Assembly (NCBI RefSeq): GCF_963921235.1
Contig: NC_086108.1
Span: 77,316,001-77,380,000 of the forward strand
From: Mobula hypostoma
Taxonomy: Eukaryota
Reading direction: 5' to 3'
DNA length: 64,000 nucleotides
The notes under the pieces are model-generated. The model was not told the DNA's origin. It was given only the letters and a program-made list of their open reading frames with translations, and made no database searches. This document shows positions 50,681-63,524 of the stretch, piece after piece. The position numbers and the translations under genes are program-made. Each line of letters opens with the position of its first letter. Position 1 is the first letter of the stretch.

Positions 50681-52136
50681 ACAATTAAAGGGCCTGTTTC
50701 CGTGCTATATGTCTCTTTGACAATGATATATTTGTTCACTTTTAAGTTGAAACAAAATGTTGCTTCTGCTATGTACATGGTGTGGGCATGAGCATGAAGA
50801 GATACAGAGGGCTACCTACTAGCACAACCTGACTATCCTGATGCAAGTTTGAGGGGCAGCATTGGATGAATGACTGAGCATACAGTTGTTTTTAACATAG
50901 TGCTACCATGGCCAAATCAAATAGATTGTGGATAATGCATTTTACTGAAAGACTTTGAACCAAGGAAGCTTTACTCATTTTGTCTTTCTAAGCTGCATAG
51001 ATAAAACCACACTATTCACCCAGTCAGTCACAGTTCAATATGCTTTTTTAGTTGAAAATCAGAATATCGTTCTATTTGTACAGAATATGCCTGGTTGCAA
51101 AGCTTTTGGTCTTAATTTGACACTACAGTGCAATACTAAATCACATGGAAATCCTTGAAAATCTCAAATAGATCCTGATTAACTTTGATCATTTTAGCCC
51201 TGCAGCAGTCTTTGATGTTGTTCCATTGCACAGAGACTTTGGAAGCTAATTACCTAATACGTATACACCTGTGGAACATAAACTGCAGCCTTACAGAAAG
51301 TGACAGCATTCAAAAAATAGAGCTTACTTAAAGGCAGATAGAAGTGAGAAAAAAGCAAAAAATAAAGTTACTTCTGAGGCATACACTACAAGAAGCTTTT
51401 GCTTAGAAACTCTTTTCAGTATCACCTGAGACTTTAGGTATTCCATGCAAGTTAAATAGTTCCCTGGCCTTGTGTTATTTGGCGCAGACATTTGTTTAGT
51501 TAAGCCTACAATTTAGTATTCTCCACCTTTAGACTTGGCTTCACCCAGCAGTAAGGCAAAAGTCTGCGGGAGAATAAAGCAAAAGGGAATTTCTTCCAAC
51601 TAGTGCCTCTACCTCCTTTGTAAGGCCTAATCTTAGGACCATGCATATTTAATTGGCATGATTGAGAAGAATTCCCACTTGGAATGTCTGACTGCCTGGT
51701 TGTGCTAAGTTGTGGGACCTTGAGGTAATTTTGTTAAATTTTTAAGTTGTTAATATAAATTCCTTGATGTTTGTCTTGGATCATTGCATAATTTGTTACA
51801 AAACAAACTTCAGTAATTCAGTGCAGAGACAAACATCCCTCTGAAGTTTATCTGCTGGTTATTCCACTGCCAGCAAATAAAACCTTAAGGGAACGTGCTG
51901 TCATAAAAGTGAGATTCAACATGTGTAAACCTTCAAAATGCTTGCTATGTACTTGTCAGCTTTGGTCACTTTGGATAGGACAAAGTAAGCAGAAATGAAG
52001 TGAAATGTAAATGGGTAGGTAGCAAACACTTCATTCAACAGTGAAAGCACTCATATTTAAGTGGTTGCAAAAAGGGTTGTCCTTTTTGGTAGCTTTCCCA
52101 AAGGATTTTGTTGTCATGAGGCAGTGCACGGCCTTA

Positions 52137-52400
52137 TAGAACATAAAATATAGAACAGGAAGGTGCAGAAAGATTTCCTTTAATATCTTGGTCAAAAATG
52201 AAGCCAAATTAAACTAAATCTCTTCTGCCTGCACATCATTCACATCCCTCCATTTCCTGCATATACATGTGTCTGTCTAAAAGCCTCTACAATGCCATTA
52301 TTGAATCTGTTTCCATCACTTGCTCTACACATTTCCTTTAAACTTTCCCTTCCCACCTTAAATGCATAACCTCTGGTATTGAATATTTGAAATAGGGGTA
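52137..52400 (-). mobile_element. Decayed CR1 3' end
   Basis: tagaacataaaatatagaac tail followed by reverse CR1 3' motifs. Confidence 0.65.
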
Positions 52401-53362
52401 TGTGCCTCAAGAAATGCCACCACTCAAAATATCTCAGTCCTGGTCCTTGATTTTTATCTTTGGAGCTCTAAATCTTATTCAAGGTGATCCAACTCTAGAA
52501 CTCTACGTCAGTTGTAAACCAACTCGTGATTGTGCCCTGTCAGTTATACTGGTTAAATTTTCAAATTGCACAAATCATCAGATTACCAATTTATTATAAT
52601 TTTGACTACCCACTCTTAATTGTTGGAGTTTCTGTATACATTTCTAGCAATATCAATTTTTTCATGGCTTTTGCAGTTCTGTCAGGGTAGCTAGTTGAAA
52701 GAGTAAAGAAGTTACTATATTTCCGGAAGATCAATATAATTCAAAGTTGTTGCTCACCCTGAGGTATAAAAAAAATCACTATTCAGTTAGCTTCCAGCTT
52801 TTGAAGCAAATGACAAATATACTGACAATTCATTAGTTGTGGCACAGCTGTCAAGGTAGAATTGCCCCCTCATAAAACACACTGTGTGATTTTGGAAGTA
52901 CATTGACTGATCAAAGACTATTAAAAATCTCACTCCAATTTCATTACCATCCCTCCAAAAGTACACAGACGGCAGTTTTATACAACATAATATAGTTCTA
53001 TAGCTAGGAGTGTATGCAAGTTGTTAAGTGTGTGTTGAAAGGACTTTTTTTTTTGCATTCTTATTGTTATTGAGTGAAATTGTGTGCACACACACATCCA
53101 GAAAAATAGGTCACTGAAGTATCATTGTGGCTCATATCTCTTTATAAGTCACCTCCTCACATTTACACATGCTCCATTATTGTAGTTCTTCCTGCCCTGT
53201 TGCATAAATCCTTCTATGCAGTTCTTCTGAATTTTAAAATTTTAGTGAATAATTCAGGAAGAATTAAAGAAAGAGCAGGAAAAAGGAGAAAAAAAATAGT
53301 TGCCTTGCAGTGTGAAGATGGTTAAGAGATTAAGTTAGGATTGGACAAAAAAAAAATGGAAG

Positions 53363-53665
53363 GACCTGGGTTTGATCCCACATAGCAAGTGTGGAACTTA
53401 AATTCAGCTAGAAATATGGAATTTACAGAAGAAGTGGTAATGATGATTGCAAAACTGGATTGTTATTAAAAAATACAATGTGGTTCTTGAATAACCATCA
53501 TGGGAGAAATTCTGCCGTCCTCATATGGTCTGACCTATATGTGACTCTTGGCCAACCAATGTAATTGAATTTGAGTTGGTCAAACAACTCAGTTCTAAGG
53601 TAATTAGGAGTAGATGATAAATGTTGGCTCTGCCAGTGATCCACAGATTCTGAATAAATAAACAA
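53363..53665 (+). mobile_element. Old DeuSINE-like element (SacSINE1/AmnSINE1-related)
   Basis: B-box remnant GGGTTTGATCCC. Deu-domain-like ggagaaattctgccgtcctcatatggtctgacctatatgtgactc and a matching tail, recognised from recall. Confidence 0.6.
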
Positions 53666-54287
53666 ATCCTTACAATCCTCTGTATTTATAGGGATGTCCT
53701 TATCTGCATGGGGGTGAACCTCCTTTGATGAATAGTACAGAGAGAAAAGAATCTGCACTACTTGTCATAAGTTGGGAATTTGGGACATTTTGATTTCCGG
53801 GCTTCATTGGGATGCAATAAGTCCTCTGTATGAATGAGGTCAGGGCTGCCGGCTTGGATATGATAGGAAAATATCTTGAGAGGATGTCATGCAGGTAAAG
53901 AGAAAGAAGTTGGATCAGGGAAGACTATAATTAAATTTAAGGTGACCTGCTTGACTCCAACAGGAATCTTAGAGTGACTTCCTTAATCAGATTCTAAATT
54001 AGTTATTTTGATGAACAGGACCTTGACTGGGAAAAATATTCAACATCATGCTTCTGCCTGCTTTTGGGAAACAATTCATAACCCAGAGCAAACTGCAGGT
54101 TAGAACTGGAAGGGATATGATTTGGTTTAATTCTGAGCGATTTGGCTTTAATCAGCTTACTTTTATTTCATTTTTCATTATTTTCACTTCACTTGCTTTT
54201 TTCTGGGTGAGCAAAGTTAAAACTGTCCTTGGTTGCAGGTGACCAAACAGTGAACTAAAGTCAAAAATCTGAATGGCATTTTATGTC

Positions 54288-54865
54288 AGTAGGCCCTCCA
54301 TTGATTAGGGTCAACCATGGATGTTGTGTCCTAGCTGTCTATGCAAGCCAGGGCAGTACGATATGGTGAGCAAGCTGCTGCCCATGTAGCAGGCTCCCCC
54401 TCTCCATGCAACTGATGAATCCAAAGGAACGGCAGAGACTGATACAGTTTGGCACCAGCAGCATCACAGGAGTCGCAAGTCTGTACTGAACTCAATGTAG
54501 GGCTGCCTTAGGGACTCCAGCTCCAGAGTTTTCCTTGGGGTTTACTTCCAAAACTTTCTCCATGAGAGGGTACAGATACAAGGCAGTGGAGGTTTGAGAT
54601 CAGAGTTTTCCTTATACCAGATGAGCTGCCATCCAAAGCTGAGGAACCCTATTTGTCCAAAGCCACTGGTTTTAATGCACCAGTAACCTGCTTTTGACCC
54701 TTCTTCTGTCAGTAGAAACAGTTCCACCAGCCTTAGTAGCTATGTCACACATGAAGATCAGGAGCTCTATTTGCTTGTTAGAGGTGATTTGAGACACTAC
54801 TGTTGGGAGAACTTAACAGGTATTTAGAGGTTACCTCCACTACTCCCTCCTGGCTATGACAATGA
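54288..54865 (-). mobile_element. Non-coding RTE-related retroposon
   Basis: About 54320-54470 is similar to the body of the SINE at 610-918. RTE-like CCATGG tail motif. Confidence 0.6.
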
Positions 54866-57452
54866 TAAGAAGTCATCTTCTGTAACACCATTCCGTGACT
54901 TCATTTCTAACACAGTTAACGTTGTATTCTGTTTTGAAAATACTCATGGGATGAAAATAAATGCTTCCTAATCTCTTTACACAGTTTGCAATTCTGACAA
55001 CCTCCTTAAGAACTTGGTTCAAAATAAATAAGGAATCCATTGTGTAACTAGTTTTAAAATACATACAGCAGATTAGTCATAGAAGCGGAAGCTCATAACT
55101 TATGTTTGTACCTCATGAAGCTATAAACAATATTCTATTGCCCTGGTTCTCAAGAGGATTCTAATAATATTCCAAAATCAATATGAACAAGTGAAATTAA
55201 TTTGTTCTTAATGCTGTACTAAACGATGACCGCTCCTATTAATGTTCTAGTTGCTATATCTAGTCAGTTCCATTATGCTTTCCTATTCATTAATTCATCA
55301 ACTGTACTGTGACTAATACATTCCTGTCAATTATATTTTGTTAAACATCAGTTATATTTGATAACTGAAACTAATCGCCCTGGAAGATTCAAAGCTAAAG
55401 CTAACATCAGCATGCAACGGAGAATTGATTTTGTTGTTTTCCCAGCAACAGAATAAAATCTCTCCTGTATAAACACAATCTTCTACAATATTTTAAGGTG
55501 AAAATTGTAGTCTCTCAAATTACCAAATTCCACTGGTGTTGACTGGGTTTCTTACGACCTGCACGGTATCAGAAGATTGCCCTCTAACATGTCATTAATA
55601 CTGTATGTTGCAGTTACTTTTCTTGTTCATAAGTGTGATGGCTCTGTTGGTGGAAATGCTGGAATTTAATGCCCAGCCTTAACTGACATGAAAAAGTACT
55701 GAGTAACTATCTTCCTGACAAGTTGTAGAACATCCTATCACAGTGTAAATAGTTCCAGACTCCTGACCCAGAAAGATAAAAGAAGGATGATATATTTCCA
55801 AGACAGAATGGTGTGACCTAGCGGGAACTTGCAGCTGTATTCAAACCTTGCTGAAATTGTGAGTTTGTGAGATGCTGTCAACGGACACTTGGGAAATTGC
55901 TGTGGTGCATTTCCAATACCCGGAATCAATGTCCCCATGATTATTTGGTCATTACACTTGTCAACAGAACCAACTCCCCCACTCCCATAATCAACAGCTC
56001 TATACTTAACAGCCACTACTCATAAAAATTGCAAATGTCACTCCACTCTTTAAGAAGGGAAGAGGCAGGAAAAAGGAAATTATAGCCTGTTAGCCTGACT
56101 TCAGTGATTGGAAAGACATTCTAGTCCATTATTAAGGATGAGGTTTTGGGGTACTTGGAGGCACATGGTAAAATAGACCAAAACCAGCATCATTTAGGTG
56201 AAATCTTGCCTAACAAATCTGTTGGAATTCTTTAAGGAAATAACAGGCAGGATAGACAAAGGGGAGTGAGTGAATGTTCTTTACTTGGATTTTCAAAAGG
56301 CCTTTAAATGGGGTGCTTCAAATGAGACTGTTTAACACATTAAAACCCATGGTATCACAGGAAAGATACTACTGTAGATAGAAGATTGGCTGACTGATAG
56401 GAGGCAGAGAGTAGGAATAACTAGGGCCTTCACTGGTTGGCTGCTATGACTAATGGTGTTCCTCAGGGGTCAGTGTTGGGATTGCTTCTTTTCATGTTAT
56501 ATGTCAACGCTTTGAATGATGGAATTGATGGCTTTGTGGCCAAGTTTGCGGATGATCCGAAGACAGTGGAGGGGCAGGGAATGTTGAAGAGGTGGGGATT
56601 CTGCAGAAGGACTTAGATAGGTTGGGAGAATTGGCAAAGAAGTGGCAGATGGAATATAGTGTAGGTAAGTGTATGGTCATGCACTTTGTAGAAGGAATAA
56701 AGGCATTGATTATTTTCTAAACAGGGAGGAAATTCAAAAAAATCAAAAGTGCAAAGGGACTTGGGAGTCCTTATGCAGGATTCCCTAAAGGTTGACTTGC
56801 GGCCTCAATTGGTGGTATGGAAGGCAACTGCAATGTTAGCATTCATTTCAAGGGGACTAGAGTAGAAAAACAAGGATGTAATGCTAAGACTTTATAAGGC
56901 AGTAGTTTGAGCAACACTTGGAGTATTGTGAGCAGTTTTAGGCCCCTTATCTAAGAAAAGAGGTGCTGGCATTGGAGAGGATCCAGAGGAGGTTCGTGAA
57001 AATAATTCCAAAAATAAAAGATATGAGGAGTGTTGAATGGATCTAGGCTTGTATTGGAACAATAAAGGGGTGACATCTGTATTTAATATTTCAATAATAT
57101 TTAAGTAATATTGTAAATATATTGTTTGATTAAGCACTCTTTGTTTACATAATTCATTACAGGTTTTATGAATGGCATACATTCGAACGTAAATGACATA
57201 CATTATTACACCACCACATCATAGGTGTGCTAAAACAAAACATACATGAGTTATCTCCAACTCTGTGCTCTTATTTCAATTAGTTTTATATTTTGAAGTT
57301 AAAAAAACATAACAGTGGTGATGAGCAAGTATTAAAATGAACCCGAGATGAATAACTACCTGCTGAAGTGCAGCAAGATGTTCTAGTTTTAAAAAAAGGG
57401 CAGCATGATTTTTTTATTGCAACACGAGTGACAGCTTGAGTTAAAAAAAAGT

Positions 57453-57627
57453 CCTGTAAATGCCAGCTGACCCGAGTCCCAGGTCATCTTTGCTCCGCAT
57501 AAACTGTGATTTGAGCTTCCTTACGGGTTTGTGGATGGTGTTAATCCCGTATTTCTTCAGGATCCTTGTGATCCTTCCAGATAATCGATACCTGCAGCCA
57601 GCTGGAAGCTTGAGAAGACTTTATTAT
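57453..57627 (-). mobile_element. Penelope-like fragment (GIY motif region plus inverted pseudo-LTR end)
   Basis: The minus strand encodes GRITRILKKYGINTIHKPVRKLKSQFMRSKDDLGLGSAGIY. About 57582-57627 matches 30819-30862. Confidence 0.75.
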
Positions 57628-59790
57628 TCACAAGGGGCTTTATCACTGTAACAGATTTATTTTGAAGTAGCTTCTGCACCTGATCTGTGGCAGAAAGCTA
57701 CAGTATACTGCAAGGCTGCCCAGGCACTCAGTGCTAACCGGATGACATCATTGCTACCAGTAAGGATGACAAGGAACATCTCCAAAATCTCAAGACAGTG
57801 TTAAAAAAACCAGAAGATTTTGGGCCCAGTGCACAATGCAACAAATATGAATAATTAAACCAAGCATCACTTGATGCACAAGTATTACAAAATTGTGCTG
57901 AGAAAATTCAAGCTGTGGTGGATGTCCCAAGGCCAAAGGATGTGTCATAATTGCAATCTTTTTTAGGATTTGTTAATTACTATAACAGGTTCCTGCCAAA
58001 TCTGGCTACCGCATTCCATCCCTTGAACTCATTACTACAGATTGGGAAGAAATAGCAATGGACAAATTAATGTGAGGTGCCTTTCTAAAAGATAAAGGAA
58101 ATGGTGATATCAGTTATGGTACTCACAAGTTATGATCCATGTCATCCAGTGAAGCTTGCCTGTGACACCTCACTTTATGGTATTGTTGCAGTCATGTTAT
58201 GAGTGATGGAACTGAATGCCCCACAGTGTTTCCCTCATTACTGATCATAAAACACTAGTGTCCATTTTCAATGCATAGAAAGGTGTTCCACTAACAGCAG
58301 CAGCACAAATGCACAGGTGGTCTCTGTTTCTTGTAGGACACAAATTACAAGATCGAACTCAAGAGGTCAACTAATCATGGAAATGCTGGTGGATTGTCTC
58401 GCTAACTCCTGGAAAAGAACACACCTGAAAAATTTATGAAAGAGGACATTCCTCTTGACATATTCTCCCTAATTCAAATCAAAAGTCTCTATATTATGGT
58501 AGAGATGATTCAAAGTGAAACCAGAAAAGAATCTACACTGTCTCAGGTCTACATGGCAAACCAAAATGGCTGGAATGTGCAGCAGAAGCTCCACTTCCCC
58601 CATTTTACCAGCGCTGGAATGAACTTGCCCTTGATGGGCATTGTCTTATGCGGAATTGAGAGTTGTACTACCCATGCTGAGAGCTGAAATGTTGGAGGAG
58701 CTACATGCTGGTCATCTAGGCTTGGTCAAAATGAAAGCATTGGAAGGCTGGGGTAGGTCATCAGATTGAGCAGCTTGCCATGCATAGGTTGGGATGCCAA
58801 TATGTCTAGAAGATACCAAGAGCAGTGTCTCTCCATCCCTGGAAATGGCCTGCATTGACCTGGCAGAAGATTCATGTGGATTTTGCTGGAGCATTCATGG
58901 CACAAATGTCTTGGTAGTAGTGGATGTACAGTAAGAACAGAAGTGTTTCCAATAACCTTCACTGCAGCCTTGCACACTGTTGATGCGTTGAGAAGCCTCT
59001 TCTCAGGGGCTGGTGTTCCAGACACTTAGTCAGTGGCAATTGACTGCAGTTTGTTGCAGAACGGTTTCAGTCACTCCTGGAAATGAATGGAATAAGACAT
59101 ACTACATTAGCAGTATACCACCCAGCTACAAATGGCTTGGTGGAAAATTTGTCCAGAATCTAAAGAATGCACTGTGAGCAATGTCAGCAGAGCATACTAC
59201 ACTGACACAGAATCAGATGCTCATCAATTGCCCCCTCGCATTTCACAATGCATCACACTCCACAACCAACAACTCACCACCAGTGCTGTCCTGGGTCGTC
59301 CCTTGCACTCATGTTTGGATCTTATCAAACCTGTTGCAGGAGTATGCAGGACAAACAAGATGAAGTTTCCTCAAACATGAGTTTTGATGTTTCACTCCCG
59401 GACAAGCAGTCCAGCAGAGGGACTATAGTGGTAATCAAAAGTGAGTACTTGGCAAGTTTAAGGAGAGAACTGGGCCACTCTCCTACACAATGGAGATTGT
59501 GTCTGATGCCATCGGGAGATTACACATTGATCAGTTAAGGAGACAACTGAGTCCCAGAGTCAACTCTTACAACCACCGCAGAGGAGGCCCCAGAACCGGA
59601 GGTTGTTTCACAGCTACGTCTCACCTGCCAAGAAGAGTGACCACCCCCGCCCCTCGACTTTCAGAAAGACATTATCCCACAAGAGTAAAAAATCCTCCAC
59701 AGCGATTAAATCTTCAAGCCCAAATGGGACAATTTAAAATTTACTGTGCTGTGGATGTTTACATAGTGGTTTTATTATATAGTATACTTA

Positions 59791-61364
59791 CAGTTGAAGT
59801 CAGAAGTTTACATACACCTTAGCCAAATACATTTAAATACAGTTTTTCATAATTCCTGACATTTAATCCTAAGAAAACATTCCCTGTCTTAGGTCAGTTA
59901 GGATCACTACTTTATTTCAAGAATGTGAAATGTCAGAATAATAGTAGAGAGAATGATTTATTTCAGCTTTTATTTCTTTTATCACTTTCCCAGTGGGTCA
60001 GAAATTAACATACACTTTGTTAGTGTTTGGTAGCATTGTCTTTAAATTGTTTAACTTGGGTCAAATGTTTTGGGTAGCCTTCTACAAGCTTCTCACAGTA
60101 AGTGGCTGGAATTTTGTTCCATTCCTCCAGACAGAACTGGTGTAACTGAGTCAGGTTTGTAGGCCTCCTTGCTCGCACACGTTTTTTTCAGTTCTGCCCT
60201 CAAATTTTCTATTGGATTGAGGTCAGAAAATGATGTCAAGTCTGGTTCATCCTTGGGAGCAATTTCCAAACGCCTGAAGGTACCACGTTCATCTGTACAA
60301 ACAATAGTACACAAGTATAAGCACCATGGGACCACGCAGCTGTCATACTGCTCAGGAAAGAAGGACGCATTCTGTCTCCTAGAGATGGCGCGAAAAGTGC
60401 AAATCAATCCCAGAACAACAGCAAAGGACCTTGTGAAGATGCTGGAGGAAACAGGTAGAAAAGTATCTATATCCACAGTAAAACAAGTCCTATATCGACA
60501 TAACCTGAACGGCTGCTCAGCAAGGAAGAAGCCACTGCTCCAAAACTGCCATAAAAAAGTCAGACTACAGTTTGCAAGTACACATGGGGACAAAGATGTT
60601 ACTTTTTGGAGAAACGTCCTCTGGTCTGATGAAACAAAAATTGAACTGTTTGGCCTTAATGACCATTGTTATGTTTGGAGGAAAAAGGGTGAGGCTTGCA
60701 AGCCGAAGAACACCAGCCCAACCATGAAGCATGGGGGTGGCAGCATCATGTTGTGGGGCTTTGCTGCAGGAGGGACTGGTGCACTTCACAAAATAGATGG
60801 CATCACGAGGAAGGAAAATTATGTGGATATACTGAAGCAACATTTCAAGACATCAGCCAGGAAGTTAAAGATCAGTCGTAAATGGGTCTTCCAAGTGGAC
60901 AGTGACCCCAAGCATACCTCCAAAGTTGTGGCAAAATTGCTTAAGGAAAACAATGTCAAGGTATTGGAGTGGCCATCAGAAAGCCCTGACCTCATCCGAT
61001 AGAAAATTTGTGGGCAGAACTGAAAGAGCATGTGCGAGCAAGGAGGCCTACAAACCTGACTCAGTTACACCAGTTCTGTCTGGAGGAATGGAACAAAATT
61101 CCAGCAACTTACTGTGAGAAGCTTGTGGAAGGCTATCCAAAATGTTTGACCCAAGTTAAACAATATAAAGGCAATGCTACCAAATACTAACAAAGTGTAC
61201 GTAAACTTCTGACCCACTGGGAAAGTGATGAAAGAAATAAAGCTGAAATAAATCATTCTCTCTACTATTATTCTGACATTTCACATTCATAAAATAGTGA
61301 TCCTAACTGACCTAAGACAGGGAATGTTTTCTAGGATTAAGTGTCAGGAATTGTGAAAAACTGA
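59791..61364 (+). mobile_element. Sleeping Beauty-like Tc1 transposon, rearranged and defective
   Basis: Terminus TA|CAGTTGAAGTCAGAAGTTTACATACAC. ORF 60169-61002 has KSGSSLGAISKRLKVPRSSVQTIV...WSDETKIELFG...DSDPKH...SPDL. ORF 61008-61190 ends KGNATKY. Confidence 0.95.
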
Positions 61365-61944
61365 ATATATAGTTGAGATACATTCTATGTTGAGTTAGAA
61401 TTTATAGCTAAGCAGGGAATGTTGTGTATTTAATATTTCAGTAATATTGTAAACATATTATTTCATTAGCATTCTTTGTTTACATAATTCATTACTGGTG
61501 GTATGTAAAAGTATGTGAATGGCATACGTCATTACACCATCACACTTTATGTGCACACCTCACTAAAGTAAAAATTAAACGTACATGGCTTATCCTCAGC
61601 TCCATTTTTTTCTTTCAATTAATTTTATGTTTTGGAATTGCAAACCAAAACGGATGCCATGTTTTTCATGAGATCTGTTATGCTGTGTATTTAATATTCC
61701 AGTAATATTTGAAATCTATCAGATATTAAAAGGCCCAGATAAAATGGACGAGGAAAGGATGTTTCCTATAGTGGCAGAGTTGAGGACCAGAGTGCACAGC
61801 TTCAGAATAGAGGGTTGTCTACTTAGAACAGAGATTAGGAGGAATTTCTTCAGCCAGCAGGTAGTGAGTTTGTGGAAATCACAGACAACTGTGGAGGTCA
61901 AGTCATTGGGTATATTTAAAGCGGAGGTCGATAGGTTCTTGCTT

Positions 61945-62165
61945 ATTTTATTTTTATTGGGATACAGAGCAGAATAGGTCTTTCCAGCCTTTGAGCTGCA
62001 CTGACCGGCAACCCCTGATTTTAACCCTAGTCTAATTACGGAACAATTTACAATGACCAATTATCCTACCAACTGGTACGTGTTTGGACTGTGGGAGGAA
62101 ACCGAGGTACCCAGAGGAAACCCACGTGGTCACAGGGAGAACGTACAAACTCCTTACAGGCAGGA
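61945..62165 (-). mobile_element. V-SINE-type SINE, 5' truncated
   Basis: gtgggaggaaaccgaggtacccagaggaaacccac...gtacaaactccttacag is the reverse of the 45724 family. Confidence 0.8.
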
Positions 62166-63015
62166 ACAGGATTAGTTAAGGTATGAAGAATTATTTGGAG
62201 AAGGCAGGAGAATGAGGTTGAGAGGGAGAATAGATCTGCCATGATAGAATAGCAGTGCAGACTTGATAGGCCAGATGTCCTATTATTCCCCTATGCTTTA
62301 TGGTCTTATACACTCCTCTCAACAATTCCCACAATAACATACCACATGCTCCTTGACAATTGCCAATACCCTTCAGCACTGCAACCCATGGACATGAACA
62401 ACCCAACCAAACATTCATCAACTGTCACCACACTTCAACACCACACATTATATACAAATTGATAACACCTCATACTCATCACCATCACACCCCACACTCA
62501 CCAACATTCCCTCATATGCATCAACCATCCCTTGCACATCAGCATAAATAAAACTAATTATCTTTTTGATATTCTATCCTATTAGTCACAATTTGTAACT
62601 AAATTAAACAGAATGCAGATAGCTACTGGATAGTCAAAGAATATAGAAATAGGAAAAACAAAAGGAGATCAAAAGCCCAGCTTTCCAGTTGTAAGATATC
62701 ATTCCTATTAAGATGATAGATAAAAAAGCAATTGCTGGCTGTGAGAGGTCATTCAAAAAACATGCAAGTGGTAAATTCTTTTGCGTAGGGTTCCGCGTCG
62801 GCTTTGAAGTCAGTGACCATCGCTGTATCATTTTCAAACTCATCTTCTCAGTAACTAAATTATATTTGGCCCTGCGAATCACAGCTGTAAGGCTGCTCAA
62901 TCTAAGTGTGGTTTGCAAACCCCACCATGCACATCATTTTGTTCTAATGCACATTTCAAGTCTCACCCTTGTCTTTTGTACTCATGGTCCAAGGGAATGA
63001 AGTTACCACCTCTAA

Positions 63016-63524
63016 AGCCTGATTTATACTTCTGCGTCAACACGTCGCCGTAAGTACTGCGTCGCAGCAAAGCCAACGCGGAACCCTACGTGAGAGCCTG
63101 CGTTTCTGTGACACGCACTTCTCCCAAAATGTAACCGCATGTCGCGGCAACGCAGACTGTAAGAACTGTGATTGGTTCGCTTGGTAGCATCACATTTCAT
63201 CCTATGCTGCAATAGCTTGCCATTGGGTGACTGAAGGGCAGGGAAGGAACTCTGGCTGCAATGTTTTCCATAAAGCTTTACAGACCTCCGAAATTATGGA
63301 GGACACATTTCGCTTTTACGAAAAAAAAGCTCGCTTCTTGTTTACTCCGAGAAAGACTACCATGACCATGAAGCCTTGCGCGGACAGGTGTGTGCGCATG
63401 CGTGACGTGCGTGAATTGCAGAGCGACGCAGACACACGAACGCACAAGTATAAATGCTCACAACGCGTGTCGGTCACTTGTGTAGGTTACGGTGTCCAGT
63501 TAACGCAGAAGTATAAATCAGGCT
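63016..63524. mobile_element. PIF/Harbinger-type MITE
   Basis: Perfect 22-bp TIR AGCCTGATTTATACTTCTGCGT, 3-bp TSD TAA on both sides and a CpG-rich interior. Confidence 0.9.

Larger units (their letters stand above)
57075..61650 (+). mobile_element. Ty3/Gypsy element with two LTRs, lacking gag and protease
   Basis: 5' LTR about 57075-57313 then PBS-like gtggtgatgag. RT (DDII), FLGFVNYYNRFLPNL, LACD, integrase WQKIHVDFAG and YHPATNGLVE. Purine tract aagcagggaa then 3' LTR 61420-61650. Confidence 0.9.
56020..62310 (+). mobile_element. CR1 RT and 3' end split by Gypsy, Tc1 and SINE insertions
   Basis: RT motifs over 56020-57070. Resumes at about 61710 (EIYQILKG...TRVHSFRIEG) and ends at about 62310. 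Confidence 0.9.

Noticed and set aside
59791..61364. Sleeping Beauty vector contamination
   Set aside because: It carries scattered substitutions, indels and a rearrangement, and is embedded at a TA within a genomic Gypsy.
62330..62550. His/Thr/Pro-rich ORF 62360-62551
   Set aside because: A by-product of C/A-rich low-complexity sequence.
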